A stretch of 64,000 bases of DNA from a bacterium (lineage in GTDB: Bacteria > RBG-13-61-14 > DATKZS01), in the NCBI GenBank assembly GCA_963674965.2, contig CAXXFL010000001.1, positions 1,248,001-1,312,000 of the forward strand, given 5' to 3'. Of this stretch, positions 40,043 through 49,691 are shown in pieces. The notes beneath the pieces were generated by a model. That model did no database searches and had not been told where the DNA came from. It was given only the letters and a program-made list of their open reading frames with translations. Position numbers and translations under genes: made by a program. Every line of letters starts with the position of its first letter. Position 1 is the stretch's first letter.

Positions 40043-41584
40043 ATGCGACTAGGTTTGTCAAGTAACTCGATTAAATTACTGGCCTGTATATTGCTGGTCG
40101 GGTCCTGTTCCCAGGCTAAAGACCAAAAAGGCCCGGACAGGACAATAACGGTCGGCCTGGAAGGTACCCCAAAAATACTGGACAGCCGCCTGGCCATGGA
40201 CGCCTATTCCTCCCGAATCCTGCCCCTTATCTACGAGGGACTGGTAAGGGTGGACCAAAACGGAGAGCCGACGCCCCGCTTGGCCGAGTATTGGGAAAAC
40301 CCCGACCCCCTTACCTATATATTCCATTTGCGCAGAGGAAGGCGCTGCCCGGACGGGACCGAGATAAAGGCGAAAGACGTTAAATACACTCTTCTCAGCC
40401 TGGGAGACCCCGACCTCAAATCTCCCCGCAAATACGTTTTCAACAGGATCGCCTCGGTCGAGACGGATGGCGACTGCGCGGTAAAGATAACTCTAAAGGA
40501 AGTCTACGCCCCCATCTTGACCGAGCTTAACTTCGGGATCGTGCCCGAGGCCGCCGCCGGCTTGGAGTCCTTTCGGGAAAAGCCCTTCGGCTCGGGACCC
40601 TTCATGGTCGAGTCCTTCGAGCCGGGCGAGGGGGTCATATTGTCGCCCAACCCCCATTACGCCGGCGAGAAGCCGACCATGGACCGCGTTGTCTTCCGCG
40701 TGCTCCAGGACCCGGTCACCAGGGTCATGGCCCTCGAGAGCGGGGAGGTGGACCTTTTGCAGAACTCCGTGCCCCCCGACGACCTCGCGCTCTTACGGGA
40801 AAACCCGAAGATAGAGGTCATAGTCGAGCCGGGCATCAACTACAATTATATCGGGTTCAACCTCGAGGACCCCATCTTGAAAAAGCGGGAGGTCAGGCGG
40901 GCCATCGCCCACGCCATCGACAGGGAGAGCCTGGCCGGGTGCCTTTTAAAAGGCACGGTGGACCCGGCCTCCGGCCTTCTCGCGCCTTCCAACTGGGCTT
41001 ATAACGGCGCCGTCGAGGTTTACGAGTACGACCCCGAGCTGGCCCGCCGGATTCTGGACGAGGCCGGGTACGAGGACCCCGACGGAGAAGGGCCGCTTCC
41101 CCGCTTCGAGCTGGTCTATAAAACCAGCACCGACAAGACGCGCCGGTGGGTGGCCGAGGCGGTCGCATATCAACTTGGACTGGTTGGGATCGAGGTCGAG
41201 ACCAGGTCGCACGAGTGGGGAACTTTTTACGAGGACATAAAAGCCGGCCGCTTCCAGATGTACTCTCTTAGCTGGGTGGGAATTACCGAGCCGGACATAT
41301 ATCACTTCGCCCTGCACTCGGACAGCGTTCCTCCCTCGGGCGGCAACAGGAACCGCTACCGGAACAAAGAAATGGACGCGCTTCTCGACCGGGGCAGACT
41401 GGTAACGGACGCGGCCGAGCGCCGCCGGATTTACGGCGAGGTCCAGGCCATCGCGGCCAGGGACCTGCCATATATAAGTCTTTGGTACGCCCGCAACGTG
41501 GTGGCCATGGACGGAAGGCTTTCCGGCTTCAAGATATACCCGGGCGGCGACTACGAGTCGCTGGCGTGGATGACCCGCCGCTGA
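40043..41584 (+). CDS. Family 5 (peptide/nickel) ABC substrate-binding lipoprotein
   Basis: Lipobox VGSC; IYEGLV, PRLAE.W, GSGPF, VRRAIAHAIDR; start moved to ATG 40043. Confidence 0.9.
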   Translation: MRLGLSSNSIKLLACILLVGSCSQAKDQKGPDRTITVGLEGTPKILDSRLAMDAYSSRILPLIYEGLVRVDQNGEPTPRLAEYWENPDPLTYIFHLRRGRRCPDGTEIKAKDVKYTLLSLGDPDLKSPRKYVFNRIASVETDGDCAVKITLKEVYAPILTELNFGIVPEAAAGLESFREKPFGSGPFMVESFEPGEGVILSPNPHYAGEKPTMDRVVFRVLQDPVTRVMALESGEVDLLQNSVPPDDLALLRENPKIEVIVEPGINYNYIGFNLEDPILKKREVRRAIAHAIDRESLAGCLLKGTVDPASGLLAPSNWAYNGAVEVYEYDPELARRILDEAGYEDPDGEGPLPRFELVYKTSTDKTRRWVAEAVAYQLGLVGIEVETRSHEWGTFYEDIKAGRFQMYSLSWVGITEPDIYHFALHSDSVPPSGGNRNRYRNKEMDALLDRGRLVTDAAERRRIYGEVQAIAARDLPYISLWYARNVVAMDGRLSGFKIYPGGDYESLAWMTRR

Positions 41585-41707
41585 AGAGGCTCTCTTTCAC
41601 TTCCGAGCGCTTTTCGGGCAAAACCTTTCTCTCCGATTTCCTTGGCCAATCCCGGCTTTTGTTCGTCCGTATTGCATGACTCGAAGAATCAAGATATATT
41701 TTGGGCC

Positions 41708-43042
41708 ATGGTCAGCAGGATAGCCGGATTGCGAGGGGTGGCCGAGGAGGCGTACAAGGAAGCCCTTCTCGCCGCGGACCCGGAGGAGGCGATCCACCGT
41801 TATTTCAGGGTCAGGAACAACGTGCTCCGAGTGGGAGACGTGGATTATTTCCTTTCCCGGTTCGAGCGGATATTCGTCGTCGGCGCGGGCAAGGCCTCGG
41901 TCAAAATGGCCAACGCCGTCGAGAGGATACTCGGCGCCCGCGTCTCGGGCGGCATCATCATTACCAACCGGGCCCAGCCCAACCGCCTTCGCAACATCCT
42001 GGTCCGCGAGGCTGGCCATCCCCTGCCCGACGAGGACGGGGTCAGGGCCACGGAGGAGTTGCTCGAGTTCGTCGAGCCCATGACCGAGCGGGACCTGGTC
42101 ATATGCGTAATCTCCGGCGGAGGCTCGGCCCTTTTGACCTCTCCCCTTGACGGCGTCGAGGTGTCGGACCTCCAAAAGGCCACGCGCCTTTTCCTTTCCT
42201 CGGGCATGACCATCCATGAGATCAACGCCGTAAGAAAGCACGTCGAGAAGGTGAAGGGGGGAAGGCTGGCCGAGAAAATCTTTCCCGCCACCACCATCAC
42301 CCTCATTCTTTCCGACGTTATCGGCGACAACCTCGACGTTATCGCCAGCGGGCCCACCAGTCCGGACACGCAGACCTTCGCCGACGCGGTCGAGATACTC
42401 AACCGTCGCGGGATATGGACCGAGGTCCCCGAGTCGGTCAGGGCCGTCCTGGAAAAGGGGGAAAAGGGCGAGCTGCCGGAGACGCCCAAGGAGGACAGCG
42501 AGGCCTTCAGGCGCGTCCACCACCAGATCATCGGCTCGAACCGGCTCTCGCTCATCTCCGCCGATTACAGGGCCCATCGGCTGGGCATGTCCACCATGAT
42601 CCTATCCTCGAGCGTCTCGGGAGAGTCGCGCGAGATAGCCCATTTCTACGCCGCCCTGGCCAGGGAAATCCACGCGCACGGAAGGCCCCTGCACCCGCCG
42701 GCCTGTCTGATAGCGGGGGGCGAGACCACCGTAACCGTCGCGGGCTCGGGCAAGGGTGGAAGATGCCAGGAGTTGGCCCTGGCCGTGGCCAGGGACATAA
42801 AGGACGTGCCCGGCGTGGTTTTTCTGGCCGCGGGAACGGACGGCCTGGACGGGCCGACCGACGCGGCCGGCGCGTTAGTGGACTCGACCACCGTCGCCCG
42901 GGCCAAGAGAAAGGGACTAAATCCCTACGAGGTTTTGATAAACAACGACTCGTACAACCTGTTTAAAGAGCTTGGAGACCTTTTTACCACCGGTCCCACC
43001 GGCACGAACGTGATGGACATTCACATCCTGCTGGTGGGATGA
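41708..43042 (+). CDS. Glycerate kinase (DUF4147/MOFRL)
   Basis: VGAGKAS, AGHPLPD, ISGGGSAL, VKGGRL, GGETTV, GTDGLDG, TGTNVMD. Confidence 0.92.
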   Translation: MVSRIAGLRGVAEEAYKEALLAADPEEAIHRYFRVRNNVLRVGDVDYFLSRFERIFVVGAGKASVKMANAVERILGARVSGGIIITNRAQPNRLRNILVREAGHPLPDEDGVRATEELLEFVEPMTERDLVICVISGGGSALLTSPLDGVEVSDLQKATRLFLSSGMTIHEINAVRKHVEKVKGGRLAEKIFPATTITLILSDVIGDNLDVIASGPTSPDTQTFADAVEILNRRGIWTEVPESVRAVLEKGEKGELPETPKEDSEAFRRVHHQIIGSNRLSLISADYRAHRLGMSTMILSSSVSGESREIAHFYAALAREIHAHGRPLHPPACLIAGGETTVTVAGSGKGGRCQELALAVARDIKDVPGVVFLAAGTDGLDGPTDAAGALVDSTTVARAKRKGLNPYEVLINNDSYNLFKELGDLFTTGPTGTNVMDIHILLVG

Positions 43043-43129
43043 AACCTTTTCAAGGCCCGGGAAGTCCGATAAAAACCAGCCCAGGCCGGGAACCTCCCGA
43101 GACGGGCCGGCCATAAACGGAGGATCGCC

Positions 43130-43942
43130 ATGTGGCTGACAATGGAACGCATGCTCGATTACGCCAAACCCGGCGAGTACGCGCTGGGCGCCTTTCACGC
43201 CATCAACCTCGAGCAGATGCAGGGAATCCTCGAGGCCGCCTTCGAGGAGCGGGCGCCAGTTATCGTGTCCATGGACGAGAGGGCCGCCATGTACGCCGGG
43301 ATCGGGCCCTTCCTGTCCATGAGCAAAGAGCTGGCCGAGGAAGTACCCGTGCCCGTGGCCGTGCAGTTCGATCACGTCCGCGACCTCGACCTTATCAAGC
43401 AGGCCTTGGCCAAGGGCATTACCGCGGTTTTATGCGACGTTCGCGAGATACCCCTGTACCGTTCTCTGGACAAGCTCCAAAAGATTAAAAAGGAGTGCGA
43501 CAAGACCGGGGCCCTGCTCGAGATCGAGATGCTTCTTCCCTCCGCCGACGACCTCGAGGCCCTGTCAAGGACCTTCAAGACCATCGGCCAGGTGGCCCCC
43601 TATTCCATCTGCGTCTCCGCCGACCAGGAGCACAAGACCCGGCCCCATCCCGATTTCTTCGAGATGGCGAAGAATTTAAATAAAAGCACGGACGTCAACT
43701 TCAGCCTGGCGGGCGCGGGACAATGGCCGGACGAGGACCTGAAGAAGGCCATCGAGTCGGGCGCGTGGAAGGTATCGATCGGGACCAGGATCAACCGGGG
43801 CTTCACCGAGGGGTTAAAGCAATTCCTCGACAAACACCCCGAGAGAATACATCCGCGCTCCTATCTGGGCGCCGCGCGGGATTCCTTCCGGGCCGAGGTG
43901 GCCCAGTGTATCCGACTGCTCGGATCGTCGGGAAAAATCTAG
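43130..43942 (+). CDS. Class II fructose-bisphosphate aldolase homologue with degenerate active site
   Basis: YALGAF, PVI, VPVAVQFDH, HPRSYLG match the FBA-II layout; metal and phosphate motifs altered. Confidence 0.75.
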   Translation: MWLTMERMLDYAKPGEYALGAFHAINLEQMQGILEAAFEERAPVIVSMDERAAMYAGIGPFLSMSKELAEEVPVPVAVQFDHVRDLDLIKQALAKGITAVLCDVREIPLYRSLDKLQKIKKECDKTGALLEIEMLLPSADDLEALSRTFKTIGQVAPYSICVSADQEHKTRPHPDFFEMAKNLNKSTDVNFSLAGAGQWPDEDLKKAIESGAWKVSIGTRINRGFTEGLKQFLDKHPERIHPRSYLGAARDSFRAEVAQCIRLLGSSGKI

Positions 43943-44049
43943 AGTTATCTCTTTTACAATGATATGATTGAGACGGCGGAGCGCCCGGGCGGCTATCCGG
44001 TCGTCGGCGCTCGCCCATATTCGTGGAAAAGACGAAAGGAGTTTTAGCC

Positions 44050-44871
44050 ATGAAGAAATCAACGGCAGTCATCGCGGCGTTAATCTGTTTGTCAGCCCTT
44101 TTCAGCGCGTCGGCAGACAAGGAGAGGGTCCTGCGGCTGGCCACCACCACCAGCACTCAAAACAGCGGGCTGCTGGACGACCTTTTACCCCGGTTCGAAA
44201 AGTCCCACGGAGTAAAAGTCCACGTCATCGCGGTCGGTACGGGCAAGGCCCTCAAGTTGGGCGAGAACGGCGACGTGGACCTGGTCATGGTACACGCGCC
44301 CGCGGCCGAGATGGACTTTATGGACTCTGACTTCGGCGTCAACCGCCGTCCGTTCATGAAGAACGACTTCATCCTGGTGGGACCATCCTCGGACCCGGCC
44401 GGCCTTAAGGGTTCGGCCAACCTGGCCGAGGCCCTTGCCAAGATAAAGAAATCCGAGACGGCCCAGTTCATCTCGCGTGGAGACGACTCGGGCACGCATA
44501 AAAAGGAACTCGAGCTGTGGGAAAAAGCCGGGGGCAAGCCCTCGGGCGGCAATTACCTCGAGATCGGGCAGGGCATGGGGGCGGCCCTTCGCATGGCCGA
44601 CGAAAAGGACGCTTACACTCTTTCCGACCGGGGCACCTACTTGGCCATGAAGGACCAGATGGACCTGGCCATTTTGTTCGAGGGCGACGCGGGGCTTGAC
44701 AATCCTTACGCGGTCATAGCCGTCAATCCCGCCCGGTATCCGGACTCCAACTATATGGACGCCATGCTTCTTATAGCCTGGCTGACCTCACCTGAGGGCC
44801 AGAAGGCGATCGGAGACTTCCGCGTCGGCGGCGAGTTGCTTTTCCATCCCACCGCCATACCCGCGAAGTAA
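44050..44871 (+). CDS. tupA: Tungstate ABC transporter substrate-binding protein
   Basis: LATTTSTQNSGLL, VGTGKAL..GENGDVD, FISRGDDSGTHKKE, YTLSDRGT. Confidence 0.92.
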   Translation: MKKSTAVIAALICLSALFSASADKERVLRLATTTSTQNSGLLDDLLPRFEKSHGVKVHVIAVGTGKALKLGENGDVDLVMVHAPAAEMDFMDSDFGVNRRPFMKNDFILVGPSSDPAGLKGSANLAEALAKIKKSETAQFISRGDDSGTHKKELELWEKAGGKPSGGNYLEIGQGMGAALRMADEKDAYTLSDRGTYLAMKDQMDLAILFEGDAGLDNPYAVIAVNPARYPDSNYMDAMLLIAWLTSPEGQKAIGDFRVGGELLFHPTAIPAK

Positions 44872-44892
44872 TAGGGGGCAAACCCGCTTTAT

Positions 44893-45564
44893 ATGGACTC
44901 GCCTCTCGAAATAGTACGCGGGGCCGAGGTCGCGGAAATCACGTGGCTTTCCTTCCGCGTGTCCCTTTCGGCCACGGCCATCGCCTCGGCCATGGCCGTG
45001 CCGGCCGGCCTGGTCCTCTCGAGCAAGGACTTCCCGGGCAAGGGAAAGGTCGTCACCATTCTCAACACCCTGCTGTCCCTGCCCACCGTTACCATCGGAC
45101 TTCTCCTTTACCTGGTCCTGTCCAAGAGCGGGCCCTTGAGCGGACTCTCGCTCCTTTACACTCCAACCGCCATTATTATCGGCCAGGTGGTCCTGGCCCT
45201 TCCCATCATCACCGCCCTTACTTACGCGGCCGTGGACGGCGTGGACGAGCGGGTCAGGTACACGGCCCTGACCCTGGGAGCGGGCAGGTGGCAGGCGGCC
45301 TGGGCCGTTCTTGCCGAGGCGAGGACGGGAATAATGGCGGGGGTGGTGGCCGGTTTCGGCCGGGTTATTTCCGAGGTCGGCAGCGTGCAGATGCTGGGCG
45401 GCAATATCAAGGGCTATACCAGGACCTTTACCACCGCCATCGCCCTGGACACCAGCAGGGGAGACTTCATGAGGTCCGTGGTCCTGGCTATAATACTCTT
45501 GGCCGTGGCCCTGTTAGTCAACGCCGTTGTACATAGGACGTTGTCTTCCAAAAAGAACAAGTGA
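44893..45564 (+). CDS. tupB: Tungstate ABC transporter permease
   Basis: FPGK, LPTV.IGL, GFGRVISEVG...GGNIKGYTR..TTAI. Confidence 0.9.
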   Translation: MDSPLEIVRGAEVAEITWLSFRVSLSATAIASAMAVPAGLVLSSKDFPGKGKVVTILNTLLSLPTVTIGLLLYLVLSKSGPLSGLSLLYTPTAIIIGQVVLALPIITALTYAAVDGVDERVRYTALTLGAGRWQAAWAVLAEARTGIMAGVVAGFGRVISEVGSVQMLGGNIKGYTRTFTTAIALDTSRGDFMRSVVLAIILLAVALLVNAVVHRTLSSKKNK

Positions 45565-45612
45565 TATAATCGATAAAAATAGTGAAACCGTTTCGACAAT
45601 AAGGTTAATTAT

Positions 45613-46533
45613 TTGATATTGCGCGCAAAAAACATCGTCAAATCCTTCTCCGGCGTAATGGCGGTCAAAGCCGACGAACTTGGTTTTGAAAGGGGCGAGA
45701 TAACGGCCCTGGTCGGACCTAACGGCGCGGGGAAATCGACACTGCTTAAGATACTGGCGCTGCTAGATTATCCCGACCAGGGCGCGGTCTTTTTAAATGA
45801 GAAGCCCATCCAGGGCCACGGCTCCTGGTTCAAGGCCCGGAAAAAAATCACCATGGTCGATCAAAAGCCCTTTGCCTTTAACGGCTCGGTAAATCAAAAC
45901 GCCGCCTATGGGCTAAAGCTGCGGGGGCTGAGCGCGACCGAGATTCAAAAACGCGTGGACGGGGCCCTTTGTCTCTTCGGCCTGGAGGGCTTTCAAAAAA
46001 GGCGGGCCCGTACTTTAAGCGGCGGCGAAATCCAGCGCTTGGCCATTGCCCGCGCCGTGGTGCTCGAGCCGGACGTTCTTATTCTTGACGAGCCCACGGC
46101 CCACGTGGACGAGGGCAAGGTCAGGCGAGTGGAAGAGGTGATACGGGACTTAAGCCGCGAAAAAGGGACCGCGGTAATTATCGCCACCCACGACCAGGAC
46201 CAGGCCGTCCGACTGGCGAGCCGGACGATCAGGATGGAAAGAGGGACGCTCCTCGATTGCGGATCGCGGGTCCTGGCGGGGAAATTGACGAGAAGAGATG
46301 GGGGCCTTTATCTGGAGGTCGAGGGCAACTGGACCGGGCCGGACAAAACGTCGATTTGCTCGCTTAAGCTGGGAGACGGAGAAATCATTGTCACCATGGG
46401 AAGCGAATGCCCTCAGACTCGAGTGACCATTCCCAACGTAAGGGAAGTGGGGCCGGCGCCCGGCGAGGAAGTGACGGTGGAAAGCCTCGGGAGAACGGCC
46501 GCCGAGCCGGAAGTTGAAGAGGACGTCCGATGA
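45613..46533 (+). CDS. tupC: Tungstate ABC transporter ATPase
   Basis: GPNGAGKST, LSGGE, ILDEPT; follows tupAB. Confidence 0.85.
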   Translation: MILRAKNIVKSFSGVMAVKADELGFERGEITALVGPNGAGKSTLLKILALLDYPDQGAVFLNEKPIQGHGSWFKARKKITMVDQKPFAFNGSVNQNAAYGLKLRGLSATEIQKRVDGALCLFGLEGFQKRRARTLSGGEIQRLAIARAVVLEPDVLILDEPTAHVDEGKVRRVEEVIRDLSREKGTAVIIATHDQDQAVRLASRTIRMERGTLLDCGSRVLAGKLTRRDGGLYLEVEGNWTGPDKTSICSLKLGDGEIIVTMGSECPQTRVTIPNVREVGPAPGEEVTVESLGRTAAEPEVEEDVR

Positions 46534-46573
46534 GTCGTAAAATTCCGGAAGCTTTGGGAAGGAGGGGTTGTAA

Positions 46574-48163
46574 ATGAGCCTTCCACTAGAGGGCATACGG
46601 GTCCTGGATTTGTCTCGGGGCGTGGCGGCCTCCTTTTGCACTCTGGTCCTGGCCGAGTATGGGGCGGAGGTGATCAAGGTCGAGTCCCCGGATGGAGACA
46701 TGGTACGCGGCCAGGAGCCCCTCGAGCACGGCATGGGCGCGGTCTTCACCGCTCTCAACCGCAACAAGCGCAGCATCGTCTTGAACCTGAAGGACGACAA
46801 GGAGCGGGACAAGTTTCTCAAACTTGCCGCCACCGCCGACGTGGTGGTGGAGAATTATCGTCCCGGGGTCATGGAGAGCCTGGACCTGTCTTACGGGCGC
46901 CTGGCCGAGCTTAACCGGCGACTTATCGTGTGCTCGGTGTCGGCCTTCGGACAATCTGGCGAGTGGTCGAAAAAGGCCGCGCACGAGATCAACATCCTTG
47001 GCCTGAGCGGCATGCTTAAGGGTCTTTGCGACGCCGATGGCAACCCCGTGCTTCCCGTCACCCACCTGGCGGCGATGGTTGGAGGCTCGATGTGGGCCCT
47101 GGTCGGGATTCTCCTGGCCCTGATCGAGCGCGGCTCGAGCGGCTCGGGCATGCATCTGGACGTGGGCATCCTTCACGGCATCCAGTCGATCATGGCCCCC
47201 GAGATACTGACCGAGCTGATCAGCGGGGAGGAGCAGGTTTCCGGCAAGGCGTGGAACTCCGGCCCCACGCCCAGCAACTGCGTTTACCGGACCAGGGACG
47301 GAAAGTGGATAACCTTCGCGCCCATGGAGGCCAAGTACTGGAGTAATTTTTGCGAGCTCTTCGAGGCGGACAATCTCGCCGAGGCCGGCTTTCCGCACGG
47401 CGAGCGGGCGAAATGGGTCAAGACCCGGGTGGGCGGCATAATCGGCTCGCTGACTTTGGAGGAGTTTTTCGAGAAGGCCTCGGAAAAGGAGATCATGGCC
47501 GAGCCCATGCTGGGAATATCCGAGGCCCTGAAGCTGCGGCCGGTCAAGCAAAAGGGAACGGTGTTCCTTATAAAGAACCGGGAGGGCAAACTCTTTACCC
47601 AGCTTAAGCTGCCCCTTTCCTTTTCCGCTCCCTGCCCCGAGAACCCGCCCCCAGAAAAGGGCGAGCACGACGGCATCTACCTCACCCAACTGGCGGAAAG
47701 AGATGACTTAAAAACGATCCTGATCGTCTATCACTCGCAGGGCGGCGCCACGGAAAGCATGGCCCGGGCTTTCGCCAAGGGCGCCTCCAAGGTATCCAAC
47801 GTCAGGGTGAAACTTATGCGGGCCTCCGAGGCCACGGCCGGCGACCTTCTGGAGTGCAAGGGACTGGCCATAGGATCGCCTGAATATTTCGGATACATGG
47901 CCGGACAGATCAAGGACTTCTTCGACCGGACCTACGACGAGATAGGCGACCGCACCTTCCGACTGCCCTACGTGACCTTCGTCTGCGCCGGCAACGACGG
48001 GAGGGGAACCATCGCCGGCATCGAGCGCATAGCCGCGGGCTACAAGTGGAAGAAGGTGGCCGACTCCGCCCGCGTGGTGGGGGCCCCCAACGAGAAGACC
48101 TTCATGCGCCTCGAGGAACTGGGCGAAACCCTGGCCGCCGGCGTCGAGATGGGCATCTATTAA
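46574..48163 (+). CDS. CaiB/BaiF (family III CoA-transferase) domain fused to a flavodoxin/WrbA-like domain
   Basis: PLEGIRVLDLS, GAEVIKVE, NRNKRSI, ENYRPGV; C-terminal ILIVYHSQGGAT, GSPEYFGYMAG.IKDFFDR. Confidence 0.85.
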   Translation: MSLPLEGIRVLDLSRGVAASFCTLVLAEYGAEVIKVESPDGDMVRGQEPLEHGMGAVFTALNRNKRSIVLNLKDDKERDKFLKLAATADVVVENYRPGVMESLDLSYGRLAELNRRLIVCSVSAFGQSGEWSKKAAHEINILGLSGMLKGLCDADGNPVLPVTHLAAMVGGSMWALVGILLALIERGSSGSGMHLDVGILHGIQSIMAPEILTELISGEEQVSGKAWNSGPTPSNCVYRTRDGKWITFAPMEAKYWSNFCELFEADNLAEAGFPHGERAKWVKTRVGGIIGSLTLEEFFEKASEKEIMAEPMLGISEALKLRPVKQKGTVFLIKNREGKLFTQLKLPLSFSAPCPENPPPEKGEHDGIYLTQLAERDDLKTILIVYHSQGGATESMARAFAKGASKVSNVRVKLMRASEATAGDLLECKGLAIGSPEYFGYMAGQIKDFFDRTYDEIGDRTFRLPYVTFVCAGNDGRGTIAGIERIAAGYKWKKVADSARVVGAPNEKTFMRLEELGETLAAGVEMGIY

Positions 48164-49668
48164 TTCAGCGGGTCGTAGTCGTCCTTGGCCGGCGCTCCCA
48201 GCTTGACAAGGACCGCGCCGCGGGGACTGACCTCGGTTTCGAACGCGCCGTCGAACTCTCCCAGGTCCTGTTGCAGCCACAGGTCGCGAGCGGGCTGAGG
48301 ACCGGAAAGACCGACGTCCGAGAACTCGACCTTTACCCGGGCTTCCTTGTCCGAGCGGTTGAAGAGGGCCACGGCCCGGGTCCCGTCCCATAAAGGCCTC
48401 GACCATACCTCGGTCTCGCCGCTTTTAGCCACTCGAGACCCCTGCTTGCCCAGGGGGTCCTGGTTGACCTCGATCACGTCGTGGTTCGTGAGGACGTCCA
48501 GGGTGAACTTGTCCATGTCCGCCATGTCGCAGCCGATTAATAAGGGCGAGGCCAGCATGCTCCAGAGCGTTATGTGCGTGACCTGCTCGTCGGGAGTAAG
48601 GCGGGTTTCCTTGACGTTCGGTCCCCACCCGACCTTGCCCACCACCAGCATGTCGGGGTCGTTCCAGTGGCCCGGACCCGCGTAGGGCTCGAGACCGTTT
48701 TGCCCGAAGCCTATCTTGGACATGCTGCCCCAGGTATCGCGGATATCGCCCGTCGTGCGCCACAGGTTGCCGCCCACTTCCTCGCCCCAGGTCTCGACGT
48801 CCTTCAGGCCGTACTCGCAGATGCTGTAAACGATGTCCCGGTCAAGAGAAGCCAGAATCTCGCCCATCTCCCGGTAGGGCTTGACGTACTGCTTTTTAAG
48901 GACCGTCATTTTCATGGGACCGTAGCTGCAAAGGTCGTATTTAAGATAATCGATGCCCCAGGCCGCGTAGGTCTCGGCGTCCTGCCGCTCGTGGCCGTAG
49001 CTGCCCTCGTACTGGCCGCAGGTCTTCGGGCCGGGCGAGGAATAGATACCCAGCTTAAGTCCCTTGCCGTGAACGTAGTCGGAAAGGGAATTCATGTCGG
49101 GGAACTTGTCGTTGGTGAGAATCTCCCCGTTTTCGGCCCGGCCGTTTTCCCAGCCGTCGTCAATGTTGATATAAGAGTAGCCCTTGGCCGCCAGGCCGCT
49201 CGAGACCATGGCGTCCGCCGCGGCCCTGACCTTGTCGTCCGAAACCGAAAGGCCCCACACGTTCCATGAGTTCCAGCCCATGGGCGGGGTCTGGGCCAGC
49301 TTGCCCTTGCCCGCGACGATGACCAGGTTGCGGGAATATTCACCCTTGTCTCCCACCACCGTGACGCGGGAGACGAAAACTCCATCCTCCTGGACCGAGC
49401 CGGAAATGATTCCCGAGCTTTTATCGATGGTAAGGCCCTCGGGCAACCCCGCCGCCATGTACTCGAGGGGCCCATCCCCGGTGGCCGGAACGAGGAATAA
49501 AAAGGGCCGGCCCGGCGTCGTGCCCACCGCCCTGGGCCCGTGAATCCTGGGCTCGGGCGGGTCCTGGCCGTTGACCTCGGCGGCCGCGGCCAAGAAAGAT
49601 AGCATCATCGCGGCCAGGGCGATAATGGCCGAGCCCATAAACCGGTTTCTTTTCTTAATCTCGTACAC
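48160..49668 (-). CDS. GH27 alpha-galactosidase with N-terminal Ig-like domain, secreted
   Basis: TPPMGWNSWN, IDDGW, GIDYLKYD, WRTTGDI, WNDPDML; GTG start at 49668 after GGAGG gives a signal peptide. Confidence 0.92.
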   Translation of the reverse strand: MYEIKKRNRFMGSAIIALAAMMLSFLAAAAEVNGQDPPEPRIHGPRAVGTTPGRPFLFLVPATGDGPLEYMAAGLPEGLTIDKSSGIISGSVQEDGVFVSRVTVVGDKGEYSRNLVIVAGKGKLAQTPPMGWNSWNVWGLSVSDDKVRAAADAMVSSGLAAKGYSYINIDDGWENGRAENGEILTNDKFPDMNSLSDYVHGKGLKLGIYSSPGPKTCGQYEGSYGHERQDAETYAAWGIDYLKYDLCSYGPMKMTVLKKQYVKPYREMGEILASLDRDIVYSICEYGLKDVETWGEEVGGNLWRTTGDIRDTWGSMSKIGFGQNGLEPYAGPGHWNDPDMLVVGKVGWGPNVKETRLTPDEQVTHITLWSMLASPLLIGCDMADMDKFTLDVLTNHDVIEVNQDPLGKQGSRVAKSGETEVWSRPLWDGTRAVALFNRSDKEARVKVEFSDVGLSGPQPARDLWLQQDLGEFDGAFETEVSPRGAVLVKLGAPAKDDYDPLN

Positions 49669-49691
49669 TTTTATCCTCCCGAAAAAATATA

